Source of the DNA: Chrysomallon squamiferum | Taxonomy: Eukaryota; Animalia; Mollusca | DNA: 64,000 bases | Reading direction: 5' to 3' | Assembly (NCBI GenBank): GCA_012295275.1 | Contig: CM022667.1 | Coordinates: 12,958,001 to 13,022,000, forward strand | Shown here: one piece after another, positions 28,426 to 42,953 of the stretch | Layout of the letters: each line of letters starts with the position of its first letter | How positions within the stretch are numbered: the first letter of the stretch is position 1 | Program-made: the position numbers and the translations under genes | Notes under the pieces: generated by a model | The model's input: the letters and a program-made list of their open reading frames with translations, nothing else | The model's database searches: none | What the model was told of the DNA's origin: nothing

Positions 28426-31095
28426 AAAAAAAAAGAAAAAAAAAAAAAAAGAAATGCAATGATAATATATTAATAAATAAAAATATTTTAATAGATTTCA
28501 TTTGCTGTATTTATTGTCAAATGAAGAAAAAATCCATTTCATTAATAACTTAAGTGTACTGAAATTAAAAAAAGAGGTAGTAAATACAAAAAGTACCCCA
28601 CATTTTTTACATTATTAACAACCAATAGTCAATTAAAATAATGCTGGAAGGATTCCATTAGTTCGGTTTTGATTTCACTTGAAGTAAACTGGTTAATTTA
28701 TTTTTATATTTTTATTTTTATTTGTGATGTGGTGTTTGTGAAAACACCATGACTACTTATTTTATGGGTCTTTAGAAGTTGATCAACAAAATTAAACGAT
28801 CTGAAATGACAAACCATAAAAGTGAAACAAACGTGTTAACTTGATTTCAGTTCAGTGGTTAGGTCACAGATGTCAAAGATTGGTAGGTATGAGGATCAAA
28901 TCACTAAGCCAGCTTCCAGCCAGAGCTTTTTTCGACAATATCTGATCACCAGGCTGTCATGTCAGGCTCTAAACCATTGTGCTGGCACATAAATAGTTTA
29001 GGCAGAAGAAATAATAATAATTATTATTATTATGTTTTTAAATTGCAGATTTTTCTCTATTTTAAAAAACATTAACATTGTCATTACTTCAGCACTATTT
29101 CAAAATTTAAATCTCATTAAGATTCTGCTGAAGTTTCCATCTGTGGAAATTAGCTGTTTAGAACAACTACAACTGTTTCTTTGAAAATTTACTGATAAAT
29201 AAATAATTGTGTGAAAAATTACATTGTGAAATCTTAAAATTTCTTGTGTTTTTATCCAAAGTCTCAAAAACTGAAATCTTTAAAAGTATTGAAGGGATAT
29301 TTCATGATCAATAATACATTAAAATTTTGCTTAATGCTTTGTAGGAACAACATAGTAAGTCTTTATGTTACTTACTAGACAAAAGTGATGAGTGAAAAGT
29401 GGTCATACAAATTTTAACTTTTGATTTTTGATTTTTGATACACAGATGGGGAGAATTTTGTTTTCAATCTTTTGGTTTATTGGTGTCACTAATATTTAAT
29501 AACAGGTCAGTCATGCAAATAGAAATGTTTCATGATGTGTTAGAATTGTTCAGCAGCTGTTTTTGAAATGTGCACAGCAGTTCATGGTATGATGATGCTA
29601 AATAAAATGTTAATTCATAATAGATACAGTAATGGACATGAAATAAAAACTGAACATTTGCTTAGGAAGATATGACTGTCCATGAATATGCATTTTGCAC
29701 TTGTGAAAATCTCAAGGATTCTTAATTAAATTTAAACCTAATCCTTTTTCATTGTGCACCATTCTACACAAGGCCAGCAGCAATACATAAAATTGTGATC
29801 ATTATAACAATTTATTAATTTAATTCACATTGTAAATATGCTATTTTAAGCTTACGGCAGTCTATATTGCATTTATTAAAACATTATTTTGTTATGTCTA
29901 GTGATAGGAAAAACTATTGAACAAACAACAACCACAACAGTTTTTTTTTATAATCTGTACAGTTTTTGTAGGTCCTAAAGTAAGATAATGGATTGCATTT
30001 TAATTGTAAAGTATTTTTTTTTTTTTTGAGACTTGTATTTATTTGATCATGCATTTTTTTTTTCTTACTAAAAATAAGGTATGAATGTTCTTGCTTTGTT
30101 GAGCATTACAGATTATTAAACGTACATCAAGAAGATTTGAACCAAGATCCTCATCTTGAAAAATCCAGTATTCCACCAGATAAACTTAATATGAAAATTG
30201 CAAAATGAATACTTCACACATCCATTTTATTTATTCAGTTTTTGTTTTTTTTTTTTTGTCATTAACAACACTTCATAACCTAAATCTATTACATATTTAA
30301 ATTGTTATTTTTCATGTTTTAATTTCAGGTATGTGAACAGTTAGGAATTATTGAAACAGACTACTTCGGCCTGCAATATCGAAGTAGCAAGGGGGAGACA
30401 CTCTGGTTGAATCTCAGGAATCGTATTGCCCACCAGGTGACAGGACCAGCCCCACACAGGCTGCAACTGCGAGTGAAATTCTTTGTTCAGCCACATTACA
30501 TTCTTCAAGATGCTACCAGGTAACAGTCACTTGTTTGTTTATTTACTTATTTACTTAAAAACTTCCTTAATATTTATAGTTAACTAAAAAAAAATATGAA
30601 GAATGTTGTAATGCACTTGTTGTATCAGCAGATTCAGTTCTTATGAGAGCACCCTTAGTATTATATTCCATTCCAATCCTAATCCCATAACTTGTGTATT
30701 AAAAATTATGGCTAGCTGCAAGGCAAGAAATCCCTAGATATTAACAATGAAATTTTTAAAAAGTGTTTTAATGAATAAGATCCTGTTATTACCCCCTGAG
30801 GAAAATGAAAGGAAATGTTTTTGTGTCGTGCTGTAAGATATATAATTTTAAAAACAGAAATACAGAAATTAACGTACACCAATGATCAATATTTGAACTT
30901 TAGTTTTCCTTTACTTTTGAATCTAAATAACATTTTATTTCATAGATCTCCATGGGGTATAGTTAATTGTGATTGCCACTGGGGTATTCAAGCATCTTTC
31001 ACTACATGTAGTTCCTGATTTGTTACTTATTTGTTACTAGCTTACTATGGTTTTCAGATCTTCATATGTATGTGTGTGGGTGATATATATTTTTT

Positions 31096-31151
<56 letters not shown>

Positions 31152-33253
31152 CAAGGTCAATAAGGCAAAATTTTACTTGTTTTATTACTTTTTAATTGCA
31201 TTGCATTTTATTATTACCAATGTTTTCATTAGTTTTAATATTATTGGCTTATTATTATTATTTTCACTGTTTCTTCGTTAGTCGTAATGTTGTTATTTCT
31301 GCATTTAATGTTAAAACAACATCTAACATTTACACAGGTCTGGTGTAAGTATTAGATAACAATAGATATGATGTGAGGTAATCTAGTTTATTCGGTCAAT
31401 AGCACAAACAGAGATATGATGTGAGATAATCTAGTTTATTCAACAGATAACATAATAACAGATGGAAGATAATGTATAGCATGAGATGATCTAATTTATT
31501 TAATAAATGACTGATCATGAACTGAAAAAAAATATTATACTGTTAAAAAAAACTTTCCGATCAAAGTTCATCATAAGTGAGATATTTGACCTTGACATTC
31601 AAGTGTGACATTGTAACGATTATAAAGTACATTTAGACTGGTGTTTGGTTTCATGTACCTGTCAAAGATTTTCACTGAACTCATTCTCACAGCATCAGCA
31701 GTGTACTATAAAAAGATTATATGTAAACAAAAAACAACAACATTTAAATTTTAAATTTAAATTCTTATTTTGTTTGTTAGTCACTAATAAAATGCTGTAC
31801 ATATCATCTGGTGTTAGTTATTTTACGGTCAAGTAACTTGTACTTAAACTGTGTTAGTTATTAAATATATAAACGGTTACGTTCAACTTAACAGTCTTTA
31901 ACATTAAAATATATGGAGTTTTAATTTTATTTTGCATATTGTCAAAACTGAATGCTCGCATTCATAAAATACTTAAATATTATAACAGATAGAAACAGAT
32001 TTAAAAGCTGGAAAACTTTGCTGGCAACCCAGACGTGTATGTTGTATTATTTGATCAAAAAATTGATTTACAGCTGATACAGAATAAAACACAATTTTTT
32101 GTTTTTAAAGCAAACTTTAAAAAAATAGCATTTGTTTTAACTCTTTCAGTGTATTTGTAATGAAATTTATTTGAAATATTTGGGTGGTAAAATTCTTATT
32201 TCATTTAACAACAGATATTGGAATATTTTATTTATATTTTAAAAAATATATTATTGAAATGAATAAACCATCTGAAACAAAATGAAAAGTTCACAGAAAA
32301 AAGTAACAAATTACTGTGTAAGACATCAAACATTTTCATTAGAAGATTTAATTTGATTACTGGGAAAAGTCTGATGATCAAACAAAAAAAAACAACAAAA
32401 AAACAAACAAACAAAATTCTTTTTCCCAACCACAAAATATATCCTTGAACTGGTGTTCCATTTTGAATCACCACATTTTTTAGGTACTCAGATTTTTTTA
32501 TCCCCATTTGGTATAATATCATTTATCTTTAGAACTGCAGAAACTACTGGTGCTCTTTGTCTTAGTGTAGCTGTTAATATCATTATAAAAGTTACTATTA
32601 CACCTGTTACTTACTTCATTTGTTACTACTGCCATTACCATCACCACTCTGCTCACCTATTATTAGTATTATTACTGCTGTTGCTGCTACTATCACCATT
32701 CTACTCTGCTACTACTGCTACTACTACCATCACCACAACAACAACTACTACAGTACTATTATTTTTATTACTTGTGTTATTAATAATAACTTATTATTAT
32801 TTTTCAGACATCAGTTTTATTTACAAGTCAAACATGACCTGCAGTCTGGGATTCTTGAGGTTACCAATGATGACCAGGTAGCACAGATTGTGGCTTTGAT
32901 GGCATATGTAGAGTATGGAGACCCAGTGAAGAACTGTTACCAACAGAATCTCTACCGTCTTTTACTTCACGGCCTGGCAGAGCCCACTGGAAAGCTTCTT
33001 AGTGACATTAACAACATCCATCTTCGCTTGATTGGCACATCGACTTCAGGGGCTGAATACCGTCTTCTACAGGAAGCTGCTCAGCTAGAGCATTATGGGA
33101 CAGAGTATCACGAGGCCAGAATTCGATCTGGCGATGCAGTGAACATTGGGGTTGGACCGAAAGGAATTTTCATACACAATCAACGCACTAATGAGGTGGA
33201 AACGTAAGTGTGTGGTAGATTGGGAGATAGAACTGATTGTAATTGTTAAGCAG

Positions 33254-33292
<39 letters not shown>

Positions 33293-34788
33293 ACATGTAT
33301 GTATGTTTGATTTTCCTCAGAATTTCTCATAGTCTGAAACCAGCTTGTTTTTAGGTGATGCTAAGAATCAAAACATGGAATACTCAAATTATTTACTTTT
33401 TTTTTTTAAAATCCCAGAATAATAGAATTGACAAATAAACCAGCTGTGTTTTTGAACTAAACAGAAAGTTAACTATGATAAATTTTTTTTTTTTTTTTTT
33501 TTCTGTCTTAAGATTGCTCAAACTAACTTTTTTTTTTTAATACTGTTTTAACAATGACTAATAGATATTCAACTGTACATATTTTAAGCATATAGGAAAG
33601 AGACTACAAAAGATTTTATCAATGTATTATTATTATTACTATTATTATTATTATTATTATTATTATTTTATTTTTGTTTGTCCTTTTAGGATTGCCTATC
33701 CACTCATTCAGATGGCCACCCATGTAATCAAACAAGTCATCCTCAGAGTTTTCAACGAAGCCGGTGATCCCAACATTCCACTAATTTTCAAACTCACGAG
33801 TGTCTCTGCTGCCAACGCGCTGTACCGCTGCGTCACTGAGATGCACTCGTTCTACCGATGCGATACGGTACGCGATGACGTATCATCACAGTATAGCAGA
33901 GATCTGAAAGGGACGTTAATATCACTGTTCTACGAAAACACATCACTTGGTAAGTAAGGTTTATAATATGTTTGTTTTTTTACGAAAATTGTAATAAATG
34001 TGTAATTTTCTTTGTTTTTCTTCGATATTTTGTGAAAATCATATATTGTGTCGTGTCTGATCTTTTTTTTTTAATTTAACATTATTTTTGTTACGTTTGT
34101 TTTTTATGTTTTATGAAAATACATTATTGTGTGTGATTATTTTCATATACATACACACACACACACAGAGATGCACACACATACATACATACATACACAT
34201 ACATACATACAGTTACATACTCTTCTTACAGTGTTAAACAAATGGCTAGATAATTGTTAACAGCTTGGTAACAATAATGTTGTTTTTTTTGGTTTTATTC
34301 AGGCTATATAGAAATTATTATGAGCAAAAACAGATTATTCCTCTGAGAAAATTACATATGTTGTCAATAGTGATTACATAAGAGCATTATAAAATGTGTA
34401 ACACATGTATTAATGTGTAATTTTTCTTGGTTGAATAACACTAAGCTAATATCATATAAAACGATAGGGGGTGTAGTATACATTAAAAATGTTTAAATAA
34501 ATTATTATATTTTTGATTGTGCTGAAATGTCTGCCAGTAAAATATAAATCATTGAGTTGCCAAACATATTTTATATTTTTAGAGAAATTGATAAAGGGAG
34601 ACGAATCTAATAATAGGGATATTAAAAAAAAAAAAAAAACTAACAACTGTCAAAATGATTTTAATTGTTGTTAACAAAGGGAAATAACTCTTGTGTAACT
34701 GCTGCTGCTATTATTATTACTACTACTGTTACTACTACTACTATTGTTAAAACTACTACTGCTGTTACAACTATTATTACCACTGCTG

Positions 34789-34821
<33 letters not shown>

Positions 34822-36015
34822 TTATTAATAACAATGAAATGTTATTTTAAAAATTTAAATTTCAGGTAAAAATTATGTGTTTGACATCAGACGCACAAGT
34901 CGTGAGGCATACGACCATGCTAGGAGAAGACTGTACTGTTCAGAGCAGGCAGGAAACGCTAACGGCTGCAGCCACCCAGACGACGCAGACAGTACAATAA
35001 ACAACAACTGCGATGAGGAAGGCACAAGTACAGTGTTTGTGTGCAAATGTCAGGTAAATGTATACGAAGATTTTAATTATTAGTTACAATGCACACATAG
35101 TGTTATTGTCCATTTTGGACCAGTTACTCTGAGTGGTTTGTTAAAAGTGTTTGATATGTATTTTTCCCTGCTCTGGGAAGGTGCATGTAAAAGATACCTT
35201 GTTGCTAATTGGGAAAGAAAAATGGCTTGTTGTGGGTTTCTTAGATTTCTTGTGAAACGTAGGTTTGACATGATTTGTTCTTTTTGTATATGTTGAATTT
35301 GGAAAAATATCTGATGTAAATATTTTATATATTTATGTTTATCCTATGACAGTGTTAACACATTTGTCTAAATGCTTTATTAAAAAAGTATTTTTTTGGC
35401 TTATTTGGTTTCTTCACTTTGTTGATTTTCAAGTATTTATTTATTTACTTTTAATAATTAAATTTATTCAGGCTTATCAGGTATTTTTATTTTACTTGGG
35501 TCTCTTTGTTTTATTTTTGGTTTAATATCTTTATTTATTTTGTTTTGTTTAATTTTTATTTAATTTATTGAGGCCTGTTTGTTTATTTTTAATTTCTTTA
35601 AGCTTATCTATTCTTTTTTTAAATTTATTTCGCATTTTGAAATAATACTGAATTTCAGCAATGTATTTGTTTTGTTTTTCTTGTAATTTAGTTTTTAATG
35701 TAGACTCAGTCTTATTTTTCAAAAACTATTTACTAATTTTGAAATTGTATTTAATTTCAGCAACTGCAGGACAAGTTGACAAGTTTTGAAGATTCGCTTC
35801 GTTGTTGTGTTTGTATGGACAATGTCATCTCAACTGCCCTGTGTCCTTGCTGGCATGCAATCTGTTGTACGAACTGTGCGGAACGTCTTAGTGTTTGTCC
35901 ACTCTGTCGGTCAAGTATTGACCACGTTCAGAGAGTGTTCCTTCCCACAATTCAACTGTGGCGGTCAAAAAGTTCGTTAAAACAAGATGACGTTGTTATG
36001 AAGGACGAAGATTAG
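27830..36015 (+). CDS. MYLIP: E3 ubiquitin ligase MYLIP/IDOL (dnr1-like), FERM + C-terminal RING, 458 aa, 6 exons: 27830-27916,30329-30519,32808-33203,33690-33949,34866-35053,35761-36015
   Basis: GT-AG introns; 1377 nt in one frame. Hallmarks: [57 protein letters not shown]...[33 protein letters not shown]...CPCWH..CC..CA....[15 protein letters not shown]. Confidence 0.96.
28123..28134 (+). promoter_or_regulatory. YY1 consensus site in MYLIP intron 1
   Basis: CAAAATGGCGGC matches the YY1 consensus, ~200 bp into intron 1. Confidence 0.5.
28848..28990 (+). mobile_element. Possible decayed tRNA-derived SINE head
   Basis: A-box-like CAGTTCAGTGGTTAG at 28848 and B-box-like GGATCAAATC at 28893 with tRNA-like spacing; no cloverleaf evident. 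Confidence 0.3.
30329..30519 (+). CDS. MYLIP: MYLIP exon 2 (FERM F1; absent from the ORF track)
   Basis: tttcag acceptor, GTAACA donor; [17 protein letters not shown]...[10 protein letters not shown]. Confidence 0.93.
31364..31500. repeat. Short degenerate tandem repeat (~49 bp) in MYLIP intron 2
   Basis: agatatgatgtgag(g/a)taatctagtttattc twice plus a degenerate third copy. Confidence 0.7.
32808..33203 (+). CDS. MYLIP: MYLIP exon 3 (FERM F2/F3)
   Basis: ttttcag acceptor, GTAAGT donor. Confidence 0.93.
33690..33949 (+). CDS. MYLIP: MYLIP exon 4
   Basis: ttttag acceptor, GTAAGT donor. Confidence 0.93.
34866..35053 (+). CDS. MYLIP: MYLIP exon 5
   Basis: tttcag acceptor, GTAAAT donor; [21 protein letters not shown]. 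Confidence 0.92.
35761..36015 (+). CDS. MYLIP: MYLIP exon 6 (RING domain, stop TAG)
   Basis: tttcag acceptor; [18 protein letters not shown]... Confidence 0.93.
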   Translation, partial: QLQDKLTSFEDSLRCCVCMDNVISTALCPCWHAICCTNCAERLSVCPLCRSSIDHVQRVFLPTIQLWRSKSSLKQDDVVMKDED

Positions 36016-37405
36016 TTTTATGTTTTTTAAAATGTTTTTAAAATTATTGTTTAGTGAGAAACTGTTTATTTATTTTGTCTGTTTGTTTGTTTTTTTAATA
36101 CAAAACTGTGACTACTGTTTGTGATTATTTTTAATTATGTAGAAAGATCTTTTTTTAAAATATTGTGTATTCTTAGAGTCCCACGTTTTAATTTAGTTTA
36201 GGAACTCAGTTTTTTTCTTTAAGATTTGTTTCTTGTTTTTAAATCAAAATTAAATAGACCACATGATATTTCAGGTTGAAAAAAAAGAAGAAAAATGTCA
36301 AAACAAAAATTGTTATCAAAATATCGTTTTATTTTTTTATTTGGAAATGAATCACAGAAAATAGAAATTATGGTTCACATATAAAGTAAATTTATAATTT
36401 GAGTGATACTTATTAAAAAGTATACAAATAAGTATAAAAATAATGTTAATTTTAAATACACTAGGTGCTCCTTAAGAGCAACTGAGTCACTTTATTTGAC
36501 TCCAGTAATAATTACATTTAAGAAAATTTAATAATTCAAATTATAAATTACAGAAATGTTTTAATTACTCGACCAAATTTTTGTTCATCCCAAAGTCTTG
36601 GTATACAGTGCTTTATGGATTTCTCCAGTGTGAAAATTGTATTACACAGTAAATGGTATAATTACAGCTTAATAAGTCTTAATAAATTTACAACTAAGTA
36701 AACTGTGGTTTTAACACAAACATACATTTATACCTTTTTACGAATATTGGTCATGTTTTTATATTGCGCTTGTAAAATTACTTTTGACAAAGAATAAGGA
36801 TAGGAACAGAAGTATCACTAAATAAATTATATATATTCTCATTAAATACTACTTTAGTCACAACTTGATAAATTTTAAAGTGTACATTTTAATGTTTTAA
36901 CTTATTATATTGTTTTTTCTCAGAACATGAAAAAGAAAAATGCCAAATGTAAATAGTAAAACATGACGCACACAGTTTGTTTTACTTTTTGTCTGATTTG
37001 TGATAAAGTTTCGTTGGAAACATTTGTCTTTCATTTCACATATTGTTGAATGCTGGTTACTAATCTTACAATGAGCTTTAAAACAAAACCTCTTACATAC
37101 TAATATATTAACACACACATTTTAATTGTTATATTTATAATAATAACTCAGTATTCATTACAGAAAAAAAAAGACAATGTACATTACAGTTTAATTTACT
37201 TGTTAAACTGTAAACACATTTTAAATTTTTTTTAAATATCTCTGATTTTAAAAATGTTTATGTTATATTAGTCTTTAGAAGAAAAAAAAGAAAATATTCC
37301 TAGTATAGTGAAATGCTACTGTAGTTTACTTATTAGGTGAATTTTTTTTTTTTTTTTTATAAAGATGGATACAAAATGAGTTAGCAGGGAAGATTTTTTT
37401 CCACG

Positions 37406-37459
<54 letters not shown>

Positions 37460-40400
37460 TTATTAATGGTATTGTTATTATTCAAATATATAATTTATTG
37501 TATAGATTTATGACAATATTTAAGGACATATTATGGTCAAAGGGTACATAATTTTTATTTTTGACTATTTACTATTTATATACATATATGTAAGGTAACA
37601 TGCAAACCATTTTGTATTAACCAAAGAAACATTAAATTTAAAAAAAATATTTTATATTAAGACTTAATTTCAGGTAATTTTACAAATGACCGTAAAAGAA
37701 AGAAAAGACCGAAAAAAAAAGTTGATACATTAAGAACCTTCTAAAATTTTTTTTCTGTTTTGAATTATTGAATAAAAATGTTATTAAAAATATACAAAAT
37801 AATTATAAGCTTTAAAATTGTGAATATCTCATTGTTATATCAAAACTAAATAACTGCATTTTAAAACTGACACAACATGATAAAACATTTTTCACAAGAA
37901 TTCAGGTAGTTCTTTTGATAAACTTCCAATTTAAAACTTGAAATTTCAGTATTTTTATATATTTGAATTCTGCTTAAAAAGGTAAACTAAAAATAATTAA
38001 TTTATTTGTAACAGCTACAGTGAAAGAGAAATGTTTTAAAATTCTGAAAAATAATAGTAATCCTTTCTAACATTTTTAAATATAATCAATCACAATGTTT
38101 TCTATCTTTTCATAAAACTGGTCACATTCTCCACATATTCATACTTCATTACTTTTTTTTTTTTGTTATTTATTATTATTTTTTTTTTTCACTTATGTAA
38201 GAAAAGAGATATGTTTGTTGTTGATATGGTGTATAATCATACATTTAAAATGTTTTAAAATTTTTTAAAATTGGATATAGGTACAGAAAAATTATATATT
38301 TTAAAATTCTAAACCGAAATTAATAACTCTTCAATGCAATTTTCTAATTTGTGTATTATATTCAGGGCATGTAAATAGAACTCTAAAAGAAAGAGTATTT
38401 GATGTTTCTGGTTTATTATGTAAATGTAAAATTTTGTTTCATTGATATTTTTCTTCAGAAATGATGTTGATAATTTTTGATAATTATTGTAAATTATAAT
38501 TTAGCTGGTTGATATATATATATATATATAAATACTGACTTAATGACATTGGGAACATTGCATAATTTATAAATGATTCATATATTTGATAGATTATTTT
38601 TGAAAATGTTCTTATTAAACCACATTGTCACAAATTTATGTACATTTAAATGTTCTCACACTCACACTCACACACATGCATGTTCTGGCATAATTCATAT
38701 CTAAACTGGACACACAAGACGCTAATAATAATTAAAAAGAAAATTCGTGTATGAAAGGAACATTATCTACAACATGTATCTTGTATACAGAAATATTTGC
38801 TTGATTCAGATTCGATAATGTTGGCTGGTTTTTAAATGGCCAAATCATTTACAGTGTATAAATTGTGCTAATATTTCCCAATGTCCAGCAATTGTTATTT
38901 TTTTAAATATAATTTCTTGAATTGAAACAAAATGAATACAATGCAATTTTGTAATTATTTCATTATTTTAGGAAAATGCTAATTTTCTAGTAGCTCTCTT
39001 AGAGATCTGATATGTAAATTTGAAGTTTAAAGGGATATTTTTTTGTGGTTAAATTAAAGTGGTTTTAATTCATTTTGTTTCTCGTTTCTAATTTGTTTAT
39101 GGCAAACAATGTTTTATAACAGTTAAGTATTTTGTCCTAGCACCGTAAAGAACACTTTGCTTCGAGATAGCTTTCTAGAAAAATGAGTCTTCCATGTAAA
39201 ATTTCAATATTTCGTGTCTGTTTTTTAGTTATTAATTTGAAAAGAAGAATTAAACAAAATCATCATGGAAATGGGAAACTCGTTTTTACAAAAATTTAAA
39301 TGATAAATGCTTTTTATGCATATTATTATTGGAGCCTTCTCAACAAACAGCTTTTTACACCATTTTAGACAGTTGTAGAAAATTACAGTGAAAACTAAAT
39401 AAGTTGACAGAGCAAAATAATGTGAAATCTCCCCTTGAGCACATTTTAGTTTATAATTATTAAAAATCACATCAGTAACCCGTTTAGAAATTTCTCCTAA
39501 TTTATTACTATTAACATAATATTGATAAACATTTCAAACTTCAGATTTTGTTATTATTGTTATTATATTAATGGTAAAAAATGAAAGATGTGGAAGGTCA
39601 TTTTTCTGGATTTTAGAATCGCTTTATTTATAACTTTATTTAAGAAAATGAATAAAGTTTTGCTGCGGACATTTTATTAGGATTTCCAGCCACAATGGAG
39701 AACTGGCAGATTGTCTTTCATTATTCGTGTAAATAAACAAAAATGATAAACAAACATTATTTGCTGTTAAATATTAATAAATATATTTATATTTTAAATA
39801 TGTGAAAGCTGTTGAGGGATTTCCCATCACATTATCTCTGTGAATTCATTTATCAAAAAGCTTGGAATCGGAGAAACATGATTCATAGACTTTGATCTCA
39901 ATATACTTCACTGAATAAATTGGTGCATGTATATATCTTCAAATGGGACTGGTTGAAAATGACTATAGTGTTGTTAAATAAATATTGCTTAGATAATGAT
40001 TCCAGTTTTGAAAATGTATAGGATTACAATTATGGACTGACATTCAGGTGGTTTAGGAAGATCACATGGTTGTAAACGGAACAGGCTTATAAACATGACT
40101 GTCGTTTTATTTTATACCGATCACCATAATTGATACGTTCTTAAAACTTGTCCTTAGTCAAACCACAATCCCATCTGGATTTTTACAAGTTTGTTTTTAT
40201 TTTTGGTGTAACTGTCCACGTACCTACGCATCTGTTTCATTTGCGATGACGTCATTCTGTTTTCTTGGTGTTATGCATTCCATATTTTATAACCTTCATC
40301 ATGTAGAATTTTCATTGTTTCGTATTGTGTATTTTTAATCACACCTTATCTTGAAAAAAATAAAATATTTTAGATGAATTTCGTTGTTTTTATTACTACT

Positions 40401-40994
40401 ATAAAATTAACATCATCATCATTTATTATTATTTATTATATACATTAATTATTGTTAGACCCATTTTCTACCTTCTTGTTGTTTTAGTAGTAGTAATAAT
40501 AATAATAATAATAAAAAAACTGCTTTATTTTTATTCTATGGGAAGGCACATTTAAACGATTCATTGCTTCTAATTGATAAATATTCCAGGCAGGAGCTAA
40601 TTTTGTTTCATATTACCAAATTTAGTACCAAATTTAATATTTATTCAAAATTATCATCACCATCATGATCATCTAAAATCAAAATGAAAGTTAAAAATGG
40701 AGATGATTTAAATAATTGTTTTAATAATTGAAATTATTTAGCAAAAAAAAAAAAAAAAAATAATAATAATAAAAAATAAAAAATAAAAATTACAAGAATT
40801 AACAATTATATACAATAAAAATAAGTAACTAATATTAATTTAAATTAAAAAACACTTTTACACGAAAAAAACAACATACATATCAGCTTCAACACTAAAT
40901 TGTCAGATATGTTAATTGTCGTTGAAAACGACTATACATTGTTCTTTATTTTATATTACTATTTTAATGGGTTTTTTTTTTGTTTTGTTTTTAC

Positions 40995-42342
40995 AAAATT
41001 GTACATTCAGCTCTTCCCCAAATCCACATTAACTGTTAAAATATAATTATTAGAAAAACAAAGTAATGCCTCTACTATTGAATTCGCTGCTTTTTAAATG
41101 CAAAACGTGACAATTTCATTTCAGAAATGTGGCGTTGATAAAATGGACAAGGGAACAATTGGAGGCAAATTAAACTTTTAACTTCATGCTGTAAGTGCGA
41201 GATGTGTATTCTTACATAGCTCAGTTCTCTAAACAGTATGTTACTCTCGAAACTCAATCTAAAAAAAAACATCAATGAAGTTTGTTTTTTTCAGCTGTCG
41301 GGGAAAACACGACATTCTCGTGCACGCCAAAGCAACAACTGCGTTACTCAGCAAGAATGTGTCCAACGTCATTAGTGTAAATGTTAAAGACATGGCGATT
41401 TGTCCAGGAATGTGTTGAAGATCCGGTGAAAACAAGCACATTATCAGTATGAGTGGCAATAAAAACACGGAAAGAAGAAAACAAATTGGGATGAAAAAGT
41501 CTCGTTCTTGTTGTATTTCCTATTCAAAAAGTTAAACTCGATACTCAATTTAATAATAATAATAAAAAAAAAAAACATCAGCTAAGTTTTTTTCTTTTTT
41601 TTCTTGTTTTTTTTTTGTTTTTTTTCAGTCTCAGATAAAACGCCATCTTGTAGGCAGTCTCAACAACAGTAGGTGAATCAAATTCACCGTTCATTTGACA
41701 TAATAAAATAGTTCATGACCAGCAGTGCTGTTTGAAGTGGATGTTTTGACAAGCTTTTTGGCAACAGATGAAGGTGGACAGTCATGTTCAGTGAAGCACA
41801 GTTGCCAGCATCGAGTGTGTCCTCAACATCCTCAACGGCATGGTTCTCATCAAACACAAACAGGTCAGAACAAAAGTCAAGTCAGTGCTCAGGATGTAAA
41901 CATTCTCGTTGAAATTTCCAGTCAGGTTCCCTAAAAATCGCAGGACTGTAGCAGACGATAGTCCAGTTTGATAACACATCAGCCTCATTATTAAAAAGTC
42001 AGATCGACTTAGACAATTTATTTTGCGTTGAAAACGCATAGAGATTCTATTTTATAACTGCCTTTTCATAATGTTACTTTTCATTATAAAATTGTATATT
42101 AAGCTCCTCCCGTAATCACATTAACTATTAAAATATAATTATTAGAAAAACAAACAAAGTAATACTATTGGAATTCGCTGCTTTTAAAATGCAAAACTTG
42201 TCAGTTTCAATTGAGAACAGTGTTGATGATAAAATGGTAAAAGGAAACATTCAGAGGCGAATATAACTTTTAACTTCGTGCTCTAAGTCCGAGAGTTGCA
42301 TTCTAACACAGCTCAGTTCAGTTAACAATAAGTTAAACTCGA
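40995..42342. repeat. Diverged ~255-bp direct repeats (~40995-41250 and ~42088-42342)
   Basis: Shared cacattaact.ttaaaatataattattagaaaaacaaa, gaattcgctgctttt.aaatgcaaaac, gataaaatgg, aacttttaacttc.tgct.taagt, agctcagttc. Confidence 0.85.
41300..41960 (-). pseudogene. Decayed relic of the family-B GPCR found at 52.8-62.4 kb (two collinear fragments, ~41840-41960 and ~41300-41520)
   Basis: NLTGNFNENVYILSTDLTF...FVFDEN matches NLTENLNKTLHILGTDLFF..FVFDEN; PDLQHIPGQIAMSLTFTLMT...LLSNA matches PDLQNIPGKIIMSVSFSLMT...LLSNA; broken by indels. Confidence 0.8.
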
Positions 42343-42451
42343 CAGAGAATATACAAAGAACATCAGTTCAGGAAGAGGAAAGAAAACGAGGACAATTAGT
42401 TTTTTAAATTGTCTCAATAAATTATTGTAAAAATAGTTATGGCGTTGTTAT

Positions 42452-42490
<39 letters not shown>

Positions 42491-42904
42491 TTTTAGTTGT
42501 ACCTATTTAGTCTGAAGTTGAAAAATTACTAACAAATACATTTTCGAAAACAACAAAATAATTTGTTAAATCCTTTCTTTCGTTTTTTCTCGTCCTGAAT
42601 GGTCTCTACTTTTATTTCCTCAGTTAAGTTATTTAGGATCTTTCTGTTGAGGTGGTTCCTCCATTTCAGGAAGTCCATTGCTGCATTCATACTTACTGGA
42701 TTCTGGTCATTTTCTGTTACCGTTTTGCTTTTAGTGTCAGGAAAAAAAAAAATTGGAAAAATAAGCCTCGCCAGTGCTAAGGTGGAGTGAGAACATATTT
42801 TCTTTTTCTATGAAAAGTGTTGAGGATGCGTCTGGATACGAAAAGGCCAAAATGAGTTTCTTGAGTACATCATTAAAACATCGAGGACTTCATACCTAGC
42901 GCAG

Positions 42905-42953
<49 letters not shown>

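Noticed and set aside
28848-28920. Functional tRNA gene
   Set aside because: The B-box is degenerate and no acceptor or anticodon stems could be paired; at most a SINE relic.
39225-40260. Coding-like minus-strand patches
   Set aside because: Interrupted by stops in all frames, with no recognizable motif and no consistent splice sites.
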